64,000 nt of DNA from an uncultured Nitrososphaerales archaeon (GCA_963709405.1 CAVPXM010000055.1:288001-352000); one strand, 5' to 3'; counted from the stretch's first letter, positions 1 through 11,807 are shown. The notes: generated from the letters alone by a model not told the origin. Made by a program: numbers and translations.

Positions 1-786
1 ATCCTGTCATGCAGTGTTGACCGGAAGATAAGAAACATTCTGATTGTCGATACCAGACCGTTCAGTGATTATCTTAAGGGCCACATTCCTGGATCAATTA
101 ATGTAGATTTGATGCAATTTCATTGGATAGACACTTCCGCTGATGGAATCAGAGAATTTATTCGACAATCAAGATATCTTCTTTCAAATGTCGGAGTAAG
201 GGAGAAAGATCTAGTTATCTTTTATGACGATACGACTGGGCCTAGTGCTGCGCGGGGTCTATGGCTTTTGCTTTATTTCTCCCACAAGAGAGTCGCAATA
301 CTGAATGGAGGATTTAACAAATGGAAAGAAAAAGGACATGACATTCAGAAGTCGACTAATCAATTTAGGTATTCTAGATTTTACGGGAAGGTAAACCCCG
401 AACTCCTAGCAACCGCAAAAGACATTCTTTCTGGCTTGGGATCTCGAAAATCGTTAAGGGCCAACGTTATTGACTCTAGATCGAAACCAGAATTCGACGG
501 TACAATCGTGCGTGGAGGAAGAAGAGGTCATATCCCGACCGCCGTCCACATAGATTGGAAGATGAACTTGACAGGTGGATTTTTTAAGACGTGTAAGGAA
601 TTGGCCAAGCTCTATTGCACTTTACCAAAGGATAAACAAATAATAACGTATTGTCAAGGAGGATATAGAGCGGCAAACACTTTTTTAGCGTTAAGGCTAT
701 TAGGATATGACAAAGTAAAAGTTTATCTAGGCTCATGGGGAGAATGGAGTAGTCGTCATGATTTGCCAGTAGAATATCGAAAGTGA
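1..786 (+). CDS. Tandem-domain rhodanese / sulfurtransferase (5' end lies before the window)
   Basis: Frame open from base 1 (IVDTRP..YLKGHIPGS); second domain VIDSRS..GHIPTA, active-site YCQGGYRA and C-terminal YLGSWGEW. Confidence 0.9.
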   Translation: MLSCSVDRKIRNILIVDTRPFSDYLKGHIPGSINVDLMQFHWIDTSADGIREFIRQSRYLLSNVGVREKDLVIFYDDTTGPSAARGLWLLLYFSHKRVAILNGGFNKWKEKGHDIQKSTNQFRYSRFYGKVNPELLATAKDILSGLGSRKSLRANVIDSRSKPEFDGTIVRGGRRGHIPTAVHIDWKMNLTGGFFKTCKELAKLYCTLPKDKQIITYCQGGYRAANTFLALRLLGYDKVKVYLGSWGEWSSRHDLPVEYRK

Positions 787-1273
787 ATTTATTCTCTAGT
801 ATCTTATTTTAGGTAATTAGGTGATGAACACTTTCTAGCTGGAGGGCAAGGCTTTTTCATGCACTAATGTCGATTTGCAACTAGGAATGGTAGCATGCTG
901 ATTGGCCTTGATCTTATAAAGGCAGTCATCGGTTTGTATATTGCAATAACCAAACGTTCAACCGGGCATTATTCGTCTACGTGACAATCGAGACCTTGAA
1001 TGCACGTTTGGTTTATTGTCACTAGTCTGCGTAATAAGTTCAAATCTGCACATAATAGTTCTAACAAAGTCGGAAGGGTATTTCGAATAAGAAATGCTAC
1101 GAATAATTTCAACGTTAATTTTATCGAAAACCGATCGGTTTCTACGTTCTGGAATTTATTATAAATTATAGTCGAATGAATTTTTGAGTGGACTCAATAA
1201 TTTCACTTTCATTTGTATGTGCGACACGGAAAGTATAAGAATCCGGGTTAGCAGATAAATACATTGGTCCTTT

Positions 1274-1699
1274 ATGAAGGGATTTTTTCTCGAACTGTGT
1301 AATAAAATATTATCATTAGATCCTGCAATTAGATTTATAGGGATAGCTGATGAACATGGTACGCTATTAGCAACAGCGGAGCGCGATGGTCTTGTTCCTT
1401 TATTGAATAGGGAGGAAACCATACAATACGCGATAACTGCCGCGACTAGACAATATACAAGGATTAGATGGCAGGCAATATTGGGTAAGATCGATTATAC
1501 TTGTTCTCACTACGACAAGCTCTTGCGTGTGACTATCCCATTAACAGACCGATCTAACAGATTATCATTCGTTCTAATATTTACATTCGAAGTGAACACC
1601 AATAACTTCCACCAAATAATAATGGATAGAGTAATCCCGATTGTACGTAAACATACGACGCGTCTATTGCGAGAAAAATCTAAGGGTCAGCTTGCTTAG
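1274..1699 (+). CDS. Thaumarchaeal roadblock-like (DUF6659-type) hypothetical protein
   Basis: LCNKILSLDPAIRFIGIADEHG N-terminus and LGKIDY..Y.K motif typical of this expanded AOA family. Confidence 0.6.
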   Translation: MKGFFLELCNKILSLDPAIRFIGIADEHGTLLATAERDGLVPLLNREETIQYAITAATRQYTRIRWQAILGKIDYTCSHYDKLLRVTIPLTDRSNRLSFVLIFTFEVNTNNFHQIIMDRVIPIVRKHTTRLLREKSKGQLA

Positions 1700-1969
1700 C
1701 GTCGGACTTTAAGGTGAAATATATAATGTGAGAACCCCATCTTAATGCTATTCCTTCAAAGATAGGACAGAAATATTTACAACTAGCGCCATTGCGGAGA
1801 GTACCGCTTAACTTATTTACTTTATTGAATGAGCTATTTTGTTTATACATAGTCCCACATTGAATAGACCAAATTTTCGACTCATGTAAGAGTAATAAAA
1901 GATAAATGAGGTTAATTCAGACCTTGTGAGGTCCAAAAGTTTATAGATATGTACCAATTAGGTTCTTTT

Positions 1970-2584
1970 ATGACGCAGCAACCCCCTCCTAATTCCGGGG
2001 GCAAGGTTTCAAGGCGTGATTTTCTAAAGCTTCTTGCAGCTGCAGGAACAGTAATGACATTTGTACCTTTTGTTGACTGGGGAAAATTTCTACCAAATCC
2101 CGCAGGCAAGGTCTCTGCAAAGGCTAAAGTTGAACTGCCCGATGGTTCTCAGGCCAATGTAAAAACGTTTCCGATAAATTCCTCACAGGTTGTACTTTAT
2201 CCTAAAACTAAAGATCCAACCCTGAACAAAGAAGCTTTTAGAACATGGCAATTCATAAGATTACCAGAAGAACTAGGTGGCAAGCAAAATACTGCATCTG
2301 CATTTAGGGCATACAGTGCAGTATGTCTTCATCTTTGGTGTCTGTGGAAATACTGGCCGGATCCAGGGAGGAAAAGGGGAGAATGTCCCTGTCATGGGAG
2401 TATGTACGATCCGTTGACTGGAAAGGCATTTGCTGGCCCTGCATCATTACAATCACCTCCGTCAAATGTTCTTGCAAGATTAGATCTCGAAGTAGATACC
2501 GATGGAAATATATGGATAAAGCCTCCTAACTGGAGTCCAGAGGGTAATGGAGTAGTGGGATTTGGTCGTTTCCTTAAAGAATGA
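1970..2584 (+). CDS. Rieske 2Fe-2S protein of complex III, with Tat signal
   Basis: SRRDFLK twin-arginine signal; CLHLWC and CPCHGS Rieske motifs; directly upstream of cytochrome b. Confidence 0.93.
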   Translation: MTQQPPPNSGGKVSRRDFLKLLAAAGTVMTFVPFVDWGKFLPNPAGKVSAKAKVELPDGSQANVKTFPINSSQVVLYPKTKDPTLNKEAFRTWQFIRLPEELGGKQNTASAFRAYSAVCLHLWCLWKYWPDPGRKRGECPCHGSMYDPLTGKAFAGPASLQSPPSNVLARLDLEVDTDGNIWIKPPNWSPEGNGVVGFGRFLKE

Positions 2585-4219
2585 AAACAGCCTAGTTGGA
2601 TTCATCAGGTGGATATATGCTGGCTTAGATAGGACCATTTTCATGGGAATGAAGTTTACAGTCCCATCTAGGTTCGTAAGTCCCTTGGGATTTTTGGGTA
2701 TGCTCACATTTGTTATATTTATCATTTTAGGAGTTACAGGAGCTTTCTTGATGCTTTGGTACGAACCGATCTTGGATAGAGCATGGGACAGTGTTAAAAA
2801 CATAAACGACACAATTCCCTATGGATTTCATATCCGAAATATCCATTACCATGCGTCTAACGCCATGGTTATGGTAGCACTCCTTCATATGTATTACCAA
2901 TACTTTAGTGGCAGGTACAAGATCAAAAATGAAATTCTTTGGGTTACTGGGATTATAATAGGAGTGCTTACAATTTTAGAAGCATTTACGGGATATGATA
3001 TCATTTTTAGTGAGCGTGCCGAATTGGCTATATCGATCGCTCGCTTCGTTGACGAATTCAATTCCAGTTATGGGTCCTCAGATGAGGGAGGCGTTCTTTG
3101 GAGGTGGCTTCCATGACTTTGTACTGCGGTTCTACGCTTTTCACGTATTTTTCCTGCCCATATTTCTATTAGGATTAATGGTTGTTCATTTCCCGCGATT
3201 TATGGTTTTTGACATTCCTATGGTGATGGCCATTAGCGGAGCAATAATGATAACTGGAGGAGTATTTCCAGTAGATATGGGTACAAAGTTTGATCCCAAC
3301 ATACCCCCTGGGATCACAGTCCCGGAATGGTATTTGACTGGTCTCTATGCTTTCTTGAGAACGATGTATGATAAGTTCGTGACAGGAGTAGCATGGCCTG
3401 GGCTGTTTATATTTGCCCTACTGGTAGTGCCTTTTATAGACAGATACAAGAAATTTTCCTGGAAAGATAGACCGCTTATAACGGCAATAGGAATCACTAG
3501 TTTGGCTCAAATTATAGTTACGACTTATTGGGGGTTCTATATAGACCCAGACATTAAGAAAGCACTACTAGAAAGGCTTGTCATTGATCCTATATTTTTC
3601 TATCTGGTCATGCTTCTGTTGATCCCGCTATCCTTTGGATTCAGCTATATGATGATAAAATTGGCAAAGAATGCAGAAGCTAATGCTAAGCTAAAGCCCA
3701 AGAAGGCAAGTACAAAGACTTCAATTAGTCTTCCTCTAAGATGGATTTACATATTGATCATTGCGCTGCTTGCATTCCAAATTTATCTTAACATAGGCAG
3801 CATATTATGCAGTCATGAGTGGAATGAAGAATTTCTCGTTATTCGTTGTAGGCATAATAATGTTGGTATTTGCTGGGATGTTCCACCTTTACAGGTATGG
3901 CAGATCGATATCTAGAGCACCGCCGATTATTCCCAAACCAGCTATCCCTCCAAAACCATTTCCTTCTCCAAAAGCTGCACCTTCAATTTCCACCCCAGCA
4001 GATACTACTGCTAGGCAATTAGCCCCTCCTCCAGAAGTACAAAAATCTGCAAGTAGCCCACATTCTCAAGGAGCTTCATCTCCTCACTCAGAACGAGCAA
4101 CAAATGCTGATATATCTAAAGTTGGCAAAAATGCAACGCAATCATCTCCCACACCATCTCGAGACATAGTCGAACCTGCCGCTACCAAAACTGATACCTC
4201 TGAAGGACACACGATGTAA
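2562..4219 (+). CDS. petB: Cytochrome b/b6 of complex III, split by two apparent frameshifts (~3040, ~3800), with Pro-rich C-terminal tail
   Basis: RNIHYHAS, LLHMY, FYAFHV and PEWY motifs spread over ORFs 2562-3116, 2995-3915 and 3815-4219. Confidence 0.88.
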
Positions 4220-4285
4220 TCTGCGGGACACACCCCTAAAATTTATATGTGAACAAATACGTGCATTATACACTGAACAAGGTCT

Positions 4286-4747
4286 ATGGAAAATCAAGCC
4301 GCTGGTATCAGTATCTTAGCTTTTATCGTGGCTGTTGGGGTAAGCGCAGGGTATTATCAATTTGTGTATCTTCCTCAAGCTAATGCAAAGCCAATTCTAC
4401 CAGCAGAGATTCTGAATCCGCCTCAGATCACAAAAATCACTATTATACCCGGATCCTCTCAGCCGTCGCAGACTAAGAATTTTGTTCCTAAAGAGGGAGA
4501 GGCAACTTTGGGTTCTACCAATAAAGTCGTTTGGACTAATACCGACACGGTTCCCCATTCGGTAACTTCGGATAATGGATACAAGGATCTGATAAATGGA
4601 CAATTTAATTCCATCGCAACAATTGGACTTGTCTTGCCACAAAAGACATACCAGTTCACGTTTACTACAGACGGGCAGTATGCATACCATTGCGAACCAC
4701 ATCCTTGGATGACCGGTAAAATAGTAGTGGGAAAAGGCAAATTCTAA
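4286..4747 (+). CDS. Membrane-anchored plastocyanin/cupredoxin (blue copper protein next to complex III)
   Basis: N-terminal TM helix; WTNTD..PHSVT and YHCEPHPWMTG type-1 copper ligands. Confidence 0.9.
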   Translation: MENQAAGISILAFIVAVGVSAGYYQFVYLPQANAKPILPAEILNPPQITKITIIPGSSQPSQTKNFVPKEGEATLGSTNKVVWTNTDTVPHSVTSDNGYKDLINGQFNSIATIGLVLPQKTYQFTFTTDGQYAYHCEPHPWMTGKIVVGKGKF

Positions 4748-4789
4748 AAAATCATTTTGAATAATTTCTATGAGTCAATTTTGTCGGGA

Positions 4790-5152
4790 TTATTTTAGAA
4801 TCTTCAAGTATTTAACACTAGAAGCAATTTCTTTATGCTCCTGAATTATGGAAGCTCGAAATTTTACGTTAGATGATCCCTCTTTTGGAACATGATTTGC
4901 TTTTGCTACGAATTCTATGACCTTAGAATCTCCAATATCGCTCCTTAGCATAGACAGTCTGGGATATGGATGATTTATACGCTTTTTGTTTATAATTTCA
5001 ATACTAGCGGTATCATTAGAGTTTTCAATAAGCGAGTTAATTACTAGGGAGTCGAATCTGTCGTTGTAATTTAAAAGAATATTGCCATGAATTTCCTGTC
5101 CACTACTGATTTCTTTATCTCTAAGTGTTATTATTATATCATCATCAGACAT
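4790..5152 (-). CDS. Hypothetical protein
   Basis: 120-aa ORF filling an intergenic gap; no motif recognised. Confidence 0.55.
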   Translation of the reverse strand: MSDDDIIITLRDKEISSGQEIHGNILLNYNDRFDSLVINSLIENSNDTASIEIINKKRINHPYPRLSMLRSDIGDSKVIEFVAKANHVPKEGSSNVKFRASIIQEHKEIASSVKYLKILK

Positions 5153-5336
5153 TTTCGTGATAGTTCAGGTTGGCATTACTGGATATAAAGATATTTAAAG
5201 AACATAGATTATTTCACAATTCGCAGATGAGGATTTGTCGCATCAATTTTATATGAACTATCAAACAGAGAACTCTCAGTAAGTTTGATGAATAACATAT
5301 TAAATCGGGCAATAATACTATCTTCTTGTAGCATCG

Positions 5337-6164
5337 GTGTCGGATAACCACTTACCTATGAAGATAACTCATTTCAGGGAATACATAGTACGATATCTCG
5401 ATTACGATAACCACCAAGATCACTCAGATAGTAGAGATATTCTTGTACTGCTGCATGGACTTGGAGCTTCGGCTGAGAGATGGATGAGAGTAGTGCCGAC
5501 ACTATCCAAGTACTATAGACTAGTCATACCAGACATAATTGGCTCAGGCTATAGTGACAAACCTACTGTTGAATACACAATTGAGTTTTTTCTCGACTTT
5601 ATGCAGGATTTCTTAGAGGATCTAGACATTCAGCGAATGAATTTAGTTGGATCTTCATTCGGTGGTTATCTAGCGGCTGAATTTGCGATTCGTTTCACGG
5701 ATCGGGTTAAAAAACTGATTCTCGCTGCGCCAGCTGGAATAATGCGTTCCTCAACAAGAGTTCTCGATCAATATATAATGGCTGCACTATACCCAACTCA
5801 CGATAACGCTCTTCGAGCATTCAAAGAAATGGCCTGGGATCCAAATATAGTTTCTGTCGACATCGTTAAAGACTTTGTTAACAGAATGCGTCTGCCAAAT
5901 TCCAAATACGCATTTATGTCTACTCTGCTTGGAATAAGGGATTCGCAAAACTTTCTGCCTAGACTTCATAGAATTGATGCTCCCACGCTCATCATATGGG
6001 GTGATAGTGACAAAATGATACCTCCTCAATATGCTAAAGAACTTGAGGATACAATACCAAACAACGAGCTGGTGTTAATGGAAAACTGCGGACATGCCCC
6101 ATATGTCGAAAAACCTAGAGAATTCAATGAGATCGTTTTGAAATTCCTCTCTTCTAAGAAATGA
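5337..6164 (+). CDS. Alpha/beta-fold hydrolase adjacent to pha genes
   Basis: LLHGLG, GSSFGG nucleophile elbow, WGDSD and CGHAP motifs. Confidence 0.9.
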   Translation: MSDNHLPMKITHFREYIVRYLDYDNHQDHSDSRDILVLLHGLGASAERWMRVVPTLSKYYRLVIPDIIGSGYSDKPTVEYTIEFFLDFMQDFLEDLDIQRMNLVGSSFGGYLAAEFAIRFTDRVKKLILAAPAGIMRSSTRVLDQYIMAALYPTHDNALRAFKEMAWDPNIVSVDIVKDFVNRMRLPNSKYAFMSTLLGIRDSQNFLPRLHRIDAPTLIIWGDSDKMIPPQYAKELEDTIPNNELVLMENCGHAPYVEKPREFNEIVLKFLSSKK

Positions 6165-6216
6165 CTTGCTTAGGGTGAGTAATGTTAAATACAGTGATAG
6201 ATAATCGTCTAATTAA

Positions 6217-6525
6217 ATGGAAGATCCCAATGACCCAGTTTCCACATTTAAGAAGGCTGTAGACAAGGGCAGAGAGGCACAAAAAGAATTCCTAAAGCAA
6301 TTTTCTTCAATTCAACAAGACGCAATGCAGAACTTCTTCTCTACCCTCGGAGGTTTGGTTTACTATAATGCAATGTTCAAAACCACAGTTCAAAGCGGTG
6401 GCAGAATTTCTATACCTGAAGCAGAGAGAGAGGCGTTAGACATCGATGATGGGGACCTGGTCCAGGTTATTATAATACCCATAGAGAGAAGGAGGACAAA
6501 GGATAGTCCGCGTAAACAAACATGA
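6217..6525 (+). CDS. phaR: AbrB-family regulator resembling haloarchaeal PhaR
   Basis: FKTTVQSGGRISIPEAEREALDIDDGDLVQVII AbrB motif; convergent with phaC. Confidence 0.75.
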   Translation: MEDPNDPVSTFKKAVDKGREAQKEFLKQFSSIQQDAMQNFFSTLGGLVYYNAMFKTTVQSGGRISIPEAEREALDIDDGDLVQVIIIPIERRRTKDSPRKQT

Positions 6526-6663
6526 TATTATTTGTATTAATCATTTTTGACATACAGCATTTCCACCTAATTACGGAATATAGTGCGTTTATCGTGCTAA
6601 CAATTTAACCTTGTAGTAACGTATTCAAATCGTTGGCGACCAATAATCCAGAACTGTTATTAT

Positions 6664-7788
6664 TTATTGCGAGCGAGTTCTAAACCACTGGCCAACCTTT
6701 GGCAGGACATTATTTTGAGAGTAGCTACTTGCAATGAGACCGACATGCCCAGTATGAAATCTCATCAATCTCTTGTCAGGTACTAGAAACCGAGTCATTT
6801 AGGGCTGCGCTACATTCTGGCGAAACTAAATGATCTTCCTCAGCAACAATATTCAGGAAGGGAATTGTTATCTTTGAAAGATCGATAATATGATCGCCCA
6901 CTTTCATCTCATTCTTATAAAGCAAATTCTTCTGATAGATATCTAAAATCCATTGTCGGAATGTCTCACCTGCGATATCAGGAGTATCATAAAGCCATTT
7001 TTCCACTCGCAAAAAGTTTTGTACGAAGCTGTCGTTGTCTATATTCTCAACCAGGTTTAGATACTTGTTGACACCTTGCTTAAATGGCTTCAGTGCAGAA
7101 TAACATGAATATAGCTCGCTCCTTCGGCATATTTCCGATTGTTGAGAACATCCTATTGGCGTCAAGATGTTTCGAGAAATTTGCTAGTACCTGTGGTATC
7201 CCGACTCGAATCGACTACGGGCGCAATAGTCGCCAGATTTTTCACTTTTTCTTGATGCAAAGTACAATACATTGCTGACATGGTAGCCCCCATACAATAA
7301 CCGTGTAGCGTCACTTGGTCGATTGTCTTTTTTGCTCTGATGAATTCTACACAATCGTCTAGATAGACATTAACGTAGTCGTCGAAGGATGTATATTTAT
7401 CATATTGAGTTGGGGGCTTCCAATCAATTAGATAGACGTCAAAGCCTTGACTAACCAGGCTATGGATCCAGCTTTTATCTGGCTGCAAGTCTAGGATGTA
7501 CGATCTATTTATGAGAGCATAAACTATCAAGATGGGAGTCCTCGCGGTCTTGCTGAGCATTGGTCTGAAATGGGTTAACTTATACGCATTTGTTTCTTGG
7601 ACTATTTCGTGCGGTGTTGTTCCTACCTTGATACTACCCGAAGCATGAAGTACGGATCGGGTCTTTTGTATCTTGCGTAATAATTCCTCTGATTCTTTGG
7701 CAATTGAAAAATGAAGACTTGTCTGAGAGTTTTCGCTATTCCCAGACACCTTTCCAGGGACATTTGGCATCAATGCTTCCCGAGTCAT
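6664..7788 (-). CDS. phaC: Class III polyhydroxyalkanoate synthase PhaC (several apparent frameshifts)
   Basis: PILIVYALINRSYILDLQP, GYCMG lipase box, AEEDHLV, and C-terminal TGHVGLI read by hand to a TAA at 6664-6666. Confidence 0.9.
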
Positions 7789-8284
7789 CTAATCCGACGC
7801 CTGACCCTGCATGCTATTCGAATCACTTAAGTCTCTACATATGTTAATAGTTCTTTGTAACTGAGTGCTATCGAAGATTGAGAACAATAGATTGACCCCG
7901 TAATGCATTATCAACAATTTATAAAGATGGCCAAGAAGAATGAGTGGCTTGTATGGACTATTAAACTGAATGGCCAAACACAGGCTCCGCACTCCAGAAT
8001 CTGGCTTGAAAAACTCCGCCCTCGCTGTAATGACAGATCTCATTTCATCAGAAACCGATTCAATCGTCTTCACCATATAAATTCTTAATGTTAGGGGACG
8101 TATATAAAACGATTCCATTCTATTTATTCTTCCGTCAGCACAATACCTTTCCTTGCCAATTGCACATATCATTCAATTCTTTTGTTGGCTAACACCTCGG
8201 TTAAACTCTTTATAAAGGACTAAACCTCCATTTTCAAAATGCATAAAGTTTAAAGTAGAAGTAGACTAGAATCGCATATAACCC

Positions 8285-8374
8285 GGGCTCGTAGCTCAGT
8301 ATGGATAGAGCGCCTGCCTTCTAAGTTTTATCGAAGAAAGCCGGAAGTCGTGGGATCGAAGCCCACCGGGCCCG
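8285..8374 (+). tRNA. tRNA-Arg(TCT) with 15-nt intron at 37/38 (8324-8338)
   Basis: Acceptor GGGCTCG/CGGGCCC, D arm GCTC..GAGC, anticodon TCT at 8320-8322, T arm GTGGG-ATCGAAG-CCCAC. Confidence 0.88.
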
Positions 8375-8464
8375 CTCGTTCCAAATTTGCCTACAAGTGA
8401 TGACAGCTGAATTTTTGACTTTTCTAAAAGATTTTAAGTAGCTTTCTACGCATTGACTCCACAT

Positions 8465-9130
8465 ATGATAACGGACAGCGAGCTTGGGGAGCTTGTAAAA
8501 CGTGCACGTGAAGGTGCAACTGAAAGGAATTTCGATCAATCGGTGGAATTAACTTTGGTATTAAAGGATATAGATGTAAAGCGGGGATTCAGTATTAATG
8601 ACGTCATCGAGCTACCAAATAAGCCCTCGGATCCGCCTAAGATATGCGTGGTAGGATCTGGAGATCTTAGTACACGGGCAAAGAAAGCCGGAGTGGATAG
8701 AATAATAGAACCAGATGAGTTGGACAGGCTTAGCACAAACAAAAGAGAAGCAAGAAAGGTAGTACGATCTCACGACTTCTTTCTTGCAGATAGTTCTTTA
8801 ATGCCTAACGTAGGTAGATCCCTGGGTCAATTTCTGGGACCTAAAGGAAAGATGCCAGCTCCGTTATCGTATGGAGCACCGATTGAAACCATTTCAGCCA
8901 AGTTCAAAAACTCTGTCCGTGTTAGGACGAAGAATCAATTGAACCTGTCGGCAAAGATTGGTGACGAGAAAATGGAGGACTCGATGTTAATTGCGAACGC
9001 TGAAGCTGTCATTAACGAATTGGAAAAGAAACTCCCACAAGGTAATAAAAATATTCAAAATGCGGTAGTAAAATTCACTATGGGAAAAACGGCAAAACTT
9101 AGTTCGTTGAAGAAGGATAAGGGTGCCTAA
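8465..9130 (+). CDS. rpl1: 50S ribosomal protein L1
   Basis: RNFDQSVEL and GRSLGQFLGPKGKMP motifs. Confidence 0.95.
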   Translation: MITDSELGELVKRAREGATERNFDQSVELTLVLKDIDVKRGFSINDVIELPNKPSDPPKICVVGSGDLSTRAKKAGVDRIIEPDELDRLSTNKREARKVVRSHDFFLADSSLMPNVGRSLGQFLGPKGKMPAPLSYGAPIETISAKFKNSVRVRTKNQLNLSAKIGDEKMEDSMLIANAEAVINELEKKLPQGNKNIQNAVVKFTMGKTAKLSSLKKDKGA

Positions 9131-10025
9131 AGTGATCTCCCAAGAAACTCACTCCGAGCAGATTAAGACATATCCTAAGAAAAAAAGGATGATGTTTGAA
9201 GAGCTCCAGAAATTACCGAGGGATTACAACGTTCTCGCGTTATCAAAAATAACTAAGGTCAGAGCGGCTCAACTTATGATGCTCAGAAAAAAATTTCAAG
9301 GCGTCATCAAGATTAGAGTAATTAAGAATAAAGTTGCTCAAAAAGCGTTTCAAAAAGTACCTGACATCCCAAATCTTCAGGAGTTATCTAAACTTCTCGA
9401 AGGTCAGTGTGCATTGATGTTTTCCAACATAAACCCGTTCCGACTGAACCTCATTTTCGATAGGAACAAGATACTTTTACCTGCTAAAGAAGGTGATATT
9501 GCATCTAGCGAGATCATTATTAATGCCGGAAACACAGGAATCAATCCGGGCCCGGTGTTGTCGGAGTTCAAGGAAGCAAATGTACCAACTAAAATAGACC
9601 AAGGTACGATTTGGGTAGTTAAAGATACCCTTGTTGCGCGACCTGGCGAGAGATTGTCAAGTAAACTCGCATCCCTCATGAGCAAGCTTGGAATAAAGCC
9701 TATTGAGGCAGGCATATCCGTCAATTTTGCAGTTACAGAAGGTCTGCTTCTTCACGACAACGAGCTTCGAATTAATTTGATAGACTATACAAATGGCATT
9801 ACAAAATGTTTACATGAATCCTTTGCTTTAGCGGCAGAGGCTGGTTATGTTACTGCTGAAAATATCAAATCGTTACTCACCAGAGCACAACAGAATTCCA
9901 TAGCATTGGCTGTTGAATCAGGTTATTTGACAGATAGTACAATTGCCATTTCATTATCCAAATGTACAGTTAACGCCCTGGCCCTTGAAGCTGAATTGAT
10001 AAAAAAGGGGTATAAACCTCAGTAA
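9123..10025 (+). CDS. rpl10: 50S ribosomal protein L10 (P0)
   Basis: IRVIKNK, NTGINPGP and TKIDQGTI motifs; follows rpl1. Confidence 0.95.
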   Translation: MPKVISQETHSEQIKTYPKKKRMMFEELQKLPRDYNVLALSKITKVRAAQLMMLRKKFQGVIKIRVIKNKVAQKAFQKVPDIPNLQELSKLLEGQCALMFSNINPFRLNLIFDRNKILLPAKEGDIASSEIIINAGNTGINPGPVLSEFKEANVPTKIDQGTIWVVKDTLVARPGERLSSKLASLMSKLGIKPIEAGISVNFAVTEGLLLHDNELRINLIDYTNGITKCLHESFALAAEAGYVTAENIKSLLTRAQQNSIALAVESGYLTDSTIAISLSKCTVNALALEAELIKKGYKPQ

Positions 10026-10049
10026 CGAGCAGTGTATAGAAAAAAGGTT

Positions 10050-10358
10050 CTATCCGAAGAGTGCTGAAAGTCCCTCTAATGCCTCTTCTTCCTTCTTCTC
10101 TTCCTTCTTCTCTTCCTTCTCTGTCGGAATTGCGGATGCAGACGGGGCAGCGCTGGCGCTCATTTGCACTTGTTGTACAGGCATTGATGCATTCTTCAAG
10201 GCTTCGTCAATATTTACCTCACCTATGGCCGCGACAAGTGCCTTGATTCTAATCTCATCTGGTGTTGCGCCAGTTGCCTTAACAACATTCTTTACATTTT
10301 CTTCAGTTATATCTTGTTTTAACTTATGCAATAACAACGCGGCATATAGATATTCCAT
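10050..10358 (-). CDS. rpl12: 50S ribosomal protein L12 (P1)
   Basis: [11 protein letters not shown] start; acidic tail ending EGLSALFG. Confidence 0.95.
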   Translation of the reverse strand: MEYLYAALLLHKLKQDITEENVKNVVKATGATPDEIRIKALVAAIGEVNIDEALKNASMPVQQVQMSASAAPSASAIPTEKEEKKEEKKEEEALEGLSALFG

Positions 10359-10402
10359 AATTGTGGATGTTTCACAACTCCTTAATATAAAACTTTCAAG
10401 CC

Positions 10403-11005
10403 TCATAACACTCTTGTGCTTCTTGCCACTGCATACAAATGTTCTTTAAGATCCTTCTCGTAGATAGAGTTCATTTTTTCAAGTAGCATTGCCCTAGCTT
10501 CTAATCTTTCATCTCCGGAAGCGGCCAAAACAGAAGCAAAAATATCCGGAAGATTTTCCTTAAGCCAACCGTCAAGGACAAAATACCGCCTTTCGTTTAT
10601 CCAAATGATTTTGGAAGAATTTTGATTCACCTCTTGACTGAATATTTGTGTCTCCACCCGATCGATTAACATAAAGATACAATTATTAGGGTCTGGGTTT
10701 TCCAGAACTTCTTTAGGCCTGCCTATCGCTCGACCCGCCTTAACCCGCTCTAACAAACCTACTGGTTTAATTACTGTCCCGTTAACCCTTATCCTATCAC
10801 CATCAACAGACTGAACCTTGCCAATAATGATGGTATTCGTTAGCTGATCTTTCTGAACTACAAAGACGTGGTCTCCAGCCTTGATCTTTCCTCTACCGAA
10901 CATCCTCTCATGATCCCCCACATTAAGAATATAATTTTTACTACTAATTTTATAAAATAACGAAATGCATATAACCCATATATATTTGGTAATTTCGAAT
11001 GTCAA
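10403..11005 (-). CDS. Hypothetical protein (true start probably near 10903)
   Basis: Long ORF with plausible composition; no motif recognised. Confidence 0.6.
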   Translation of the reverse strand: MTFEITKYIWVICISLFYKISSKNYILNVGDHERMFGRGKIKAGDHVFVVQKDQLTNTIIIGKVQSVDGDRIRVNGTVIKPVGLLERVKAGRAIGRPKEVLENPDPNNCIFMLIDRVETQIFSQEVNQNSSKIIWINERRYFVLDGWLKENLPDIFASVLAASGDERLEARAMLLEKMNSIYEKDLKEHLYAVARSTRVL

Positions 11006-11073
11006 TAATATGCCTAAATATTCAAAAAATTACATTTATTAATCAATACTACGATTCATGACATGACAAAAAT

Positions 11074-11535
11074 TTGCAAAGATTTGACGAATTAGATATG
11101 AAGATATTATCTGAACTGACTGTGGACGCCAGTATTTCTGTCCCGCAACTAAGCAAAAAGCTCAATGTCAACGCTTCTGTTCTTTACAGTAGAATCAAGC
11201 GTTTGTCCAAGCGCAATCTGATTGAGCGTTACACAGTTACTGTGAACGAAAGCATGTTGGGCATCAATGTCAAAGCAATCGTAGGAATCAACAGGGATCC
11301 AAAGTTAAAAGAGAAAATACGCTCAGAGCTTTTGAGAATTTCTGAGGTTCGATCCGTATCAGAGGTCACAGGTAGATTTGATATGGTAGTCTCAGTGAAT
11401 TCTCGTACCCTTGAAGAACTGCATAATGTTGTGATAGAGCAAATCGGAAAAATCGAGGGGATACAGAATACCGAAACCTTCGTGGAAATGCAAAGGACTG
11501 AGAAAGAGCCTATCTATGCAGTTAGATTACCCTAA
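11074..11535 (+). CDS. Lrp/AsnC family transcriptional regulator
   Basis: DELDMKIL wHTH and VTGRFD RAM domain. Confidence 0.92.
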   Translation: MQRFDELDMKILSELTVDASISVPQLSKKLNVNASVLYSRIKRLSKRNLIERYTVTVNESMLGINVKAIVGINRDPKLKEKIRSELLRISEVRSVSEVTGRFDMVVSVNSRTLEELHNVVIEQIGKIEGIQNTETFVEMQRTEKEPIYAVRLP

Positions 11536-11624
11536 TATACGTGCACGAGACCTTAGCTGACGCTTCTCATATACGCAAACGTTACCTTCAAATATGACAT
11601 GGAATTAAGATAAGTAGATTTTCA

Positions 11625-11807
11625 TTGTCAGTGGTACAGAGAAAGGTAGTAGAGATTATTCAAACCATGAAACTGGCAAAGAAGACTAGCAAAGATGATT
11701 ACATGACTCACCTGAGGCTTGTTTTGCTCGGAATGGGTGTTGTCGGTGCAATTGGCTTTGTGATAAAATTGATCGCAGAATTTGTAACCTTTGGCGGGAA
11801 AAGATAA
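11625..11807 (+). CDS. secE: Protein translocase SecE / Sec61 gamma
   Basis: KLAKK..DDY..LLGMGVVGAIGFVIKLI pattern. Confidence 0.85.
   Translation: MSVVQRKVVEIIQTMKLAKKTSKDDYMTHLRLVLLGMGVVGAIGFVIKLIAEFVTFGGKR

Noticed and set aside
1970-4747. Complex III with a cupredoxin instead of cytochrome c1 as a novelty
   Set aside because: Standard, already described arrangement in ammonia-oxidising archaea
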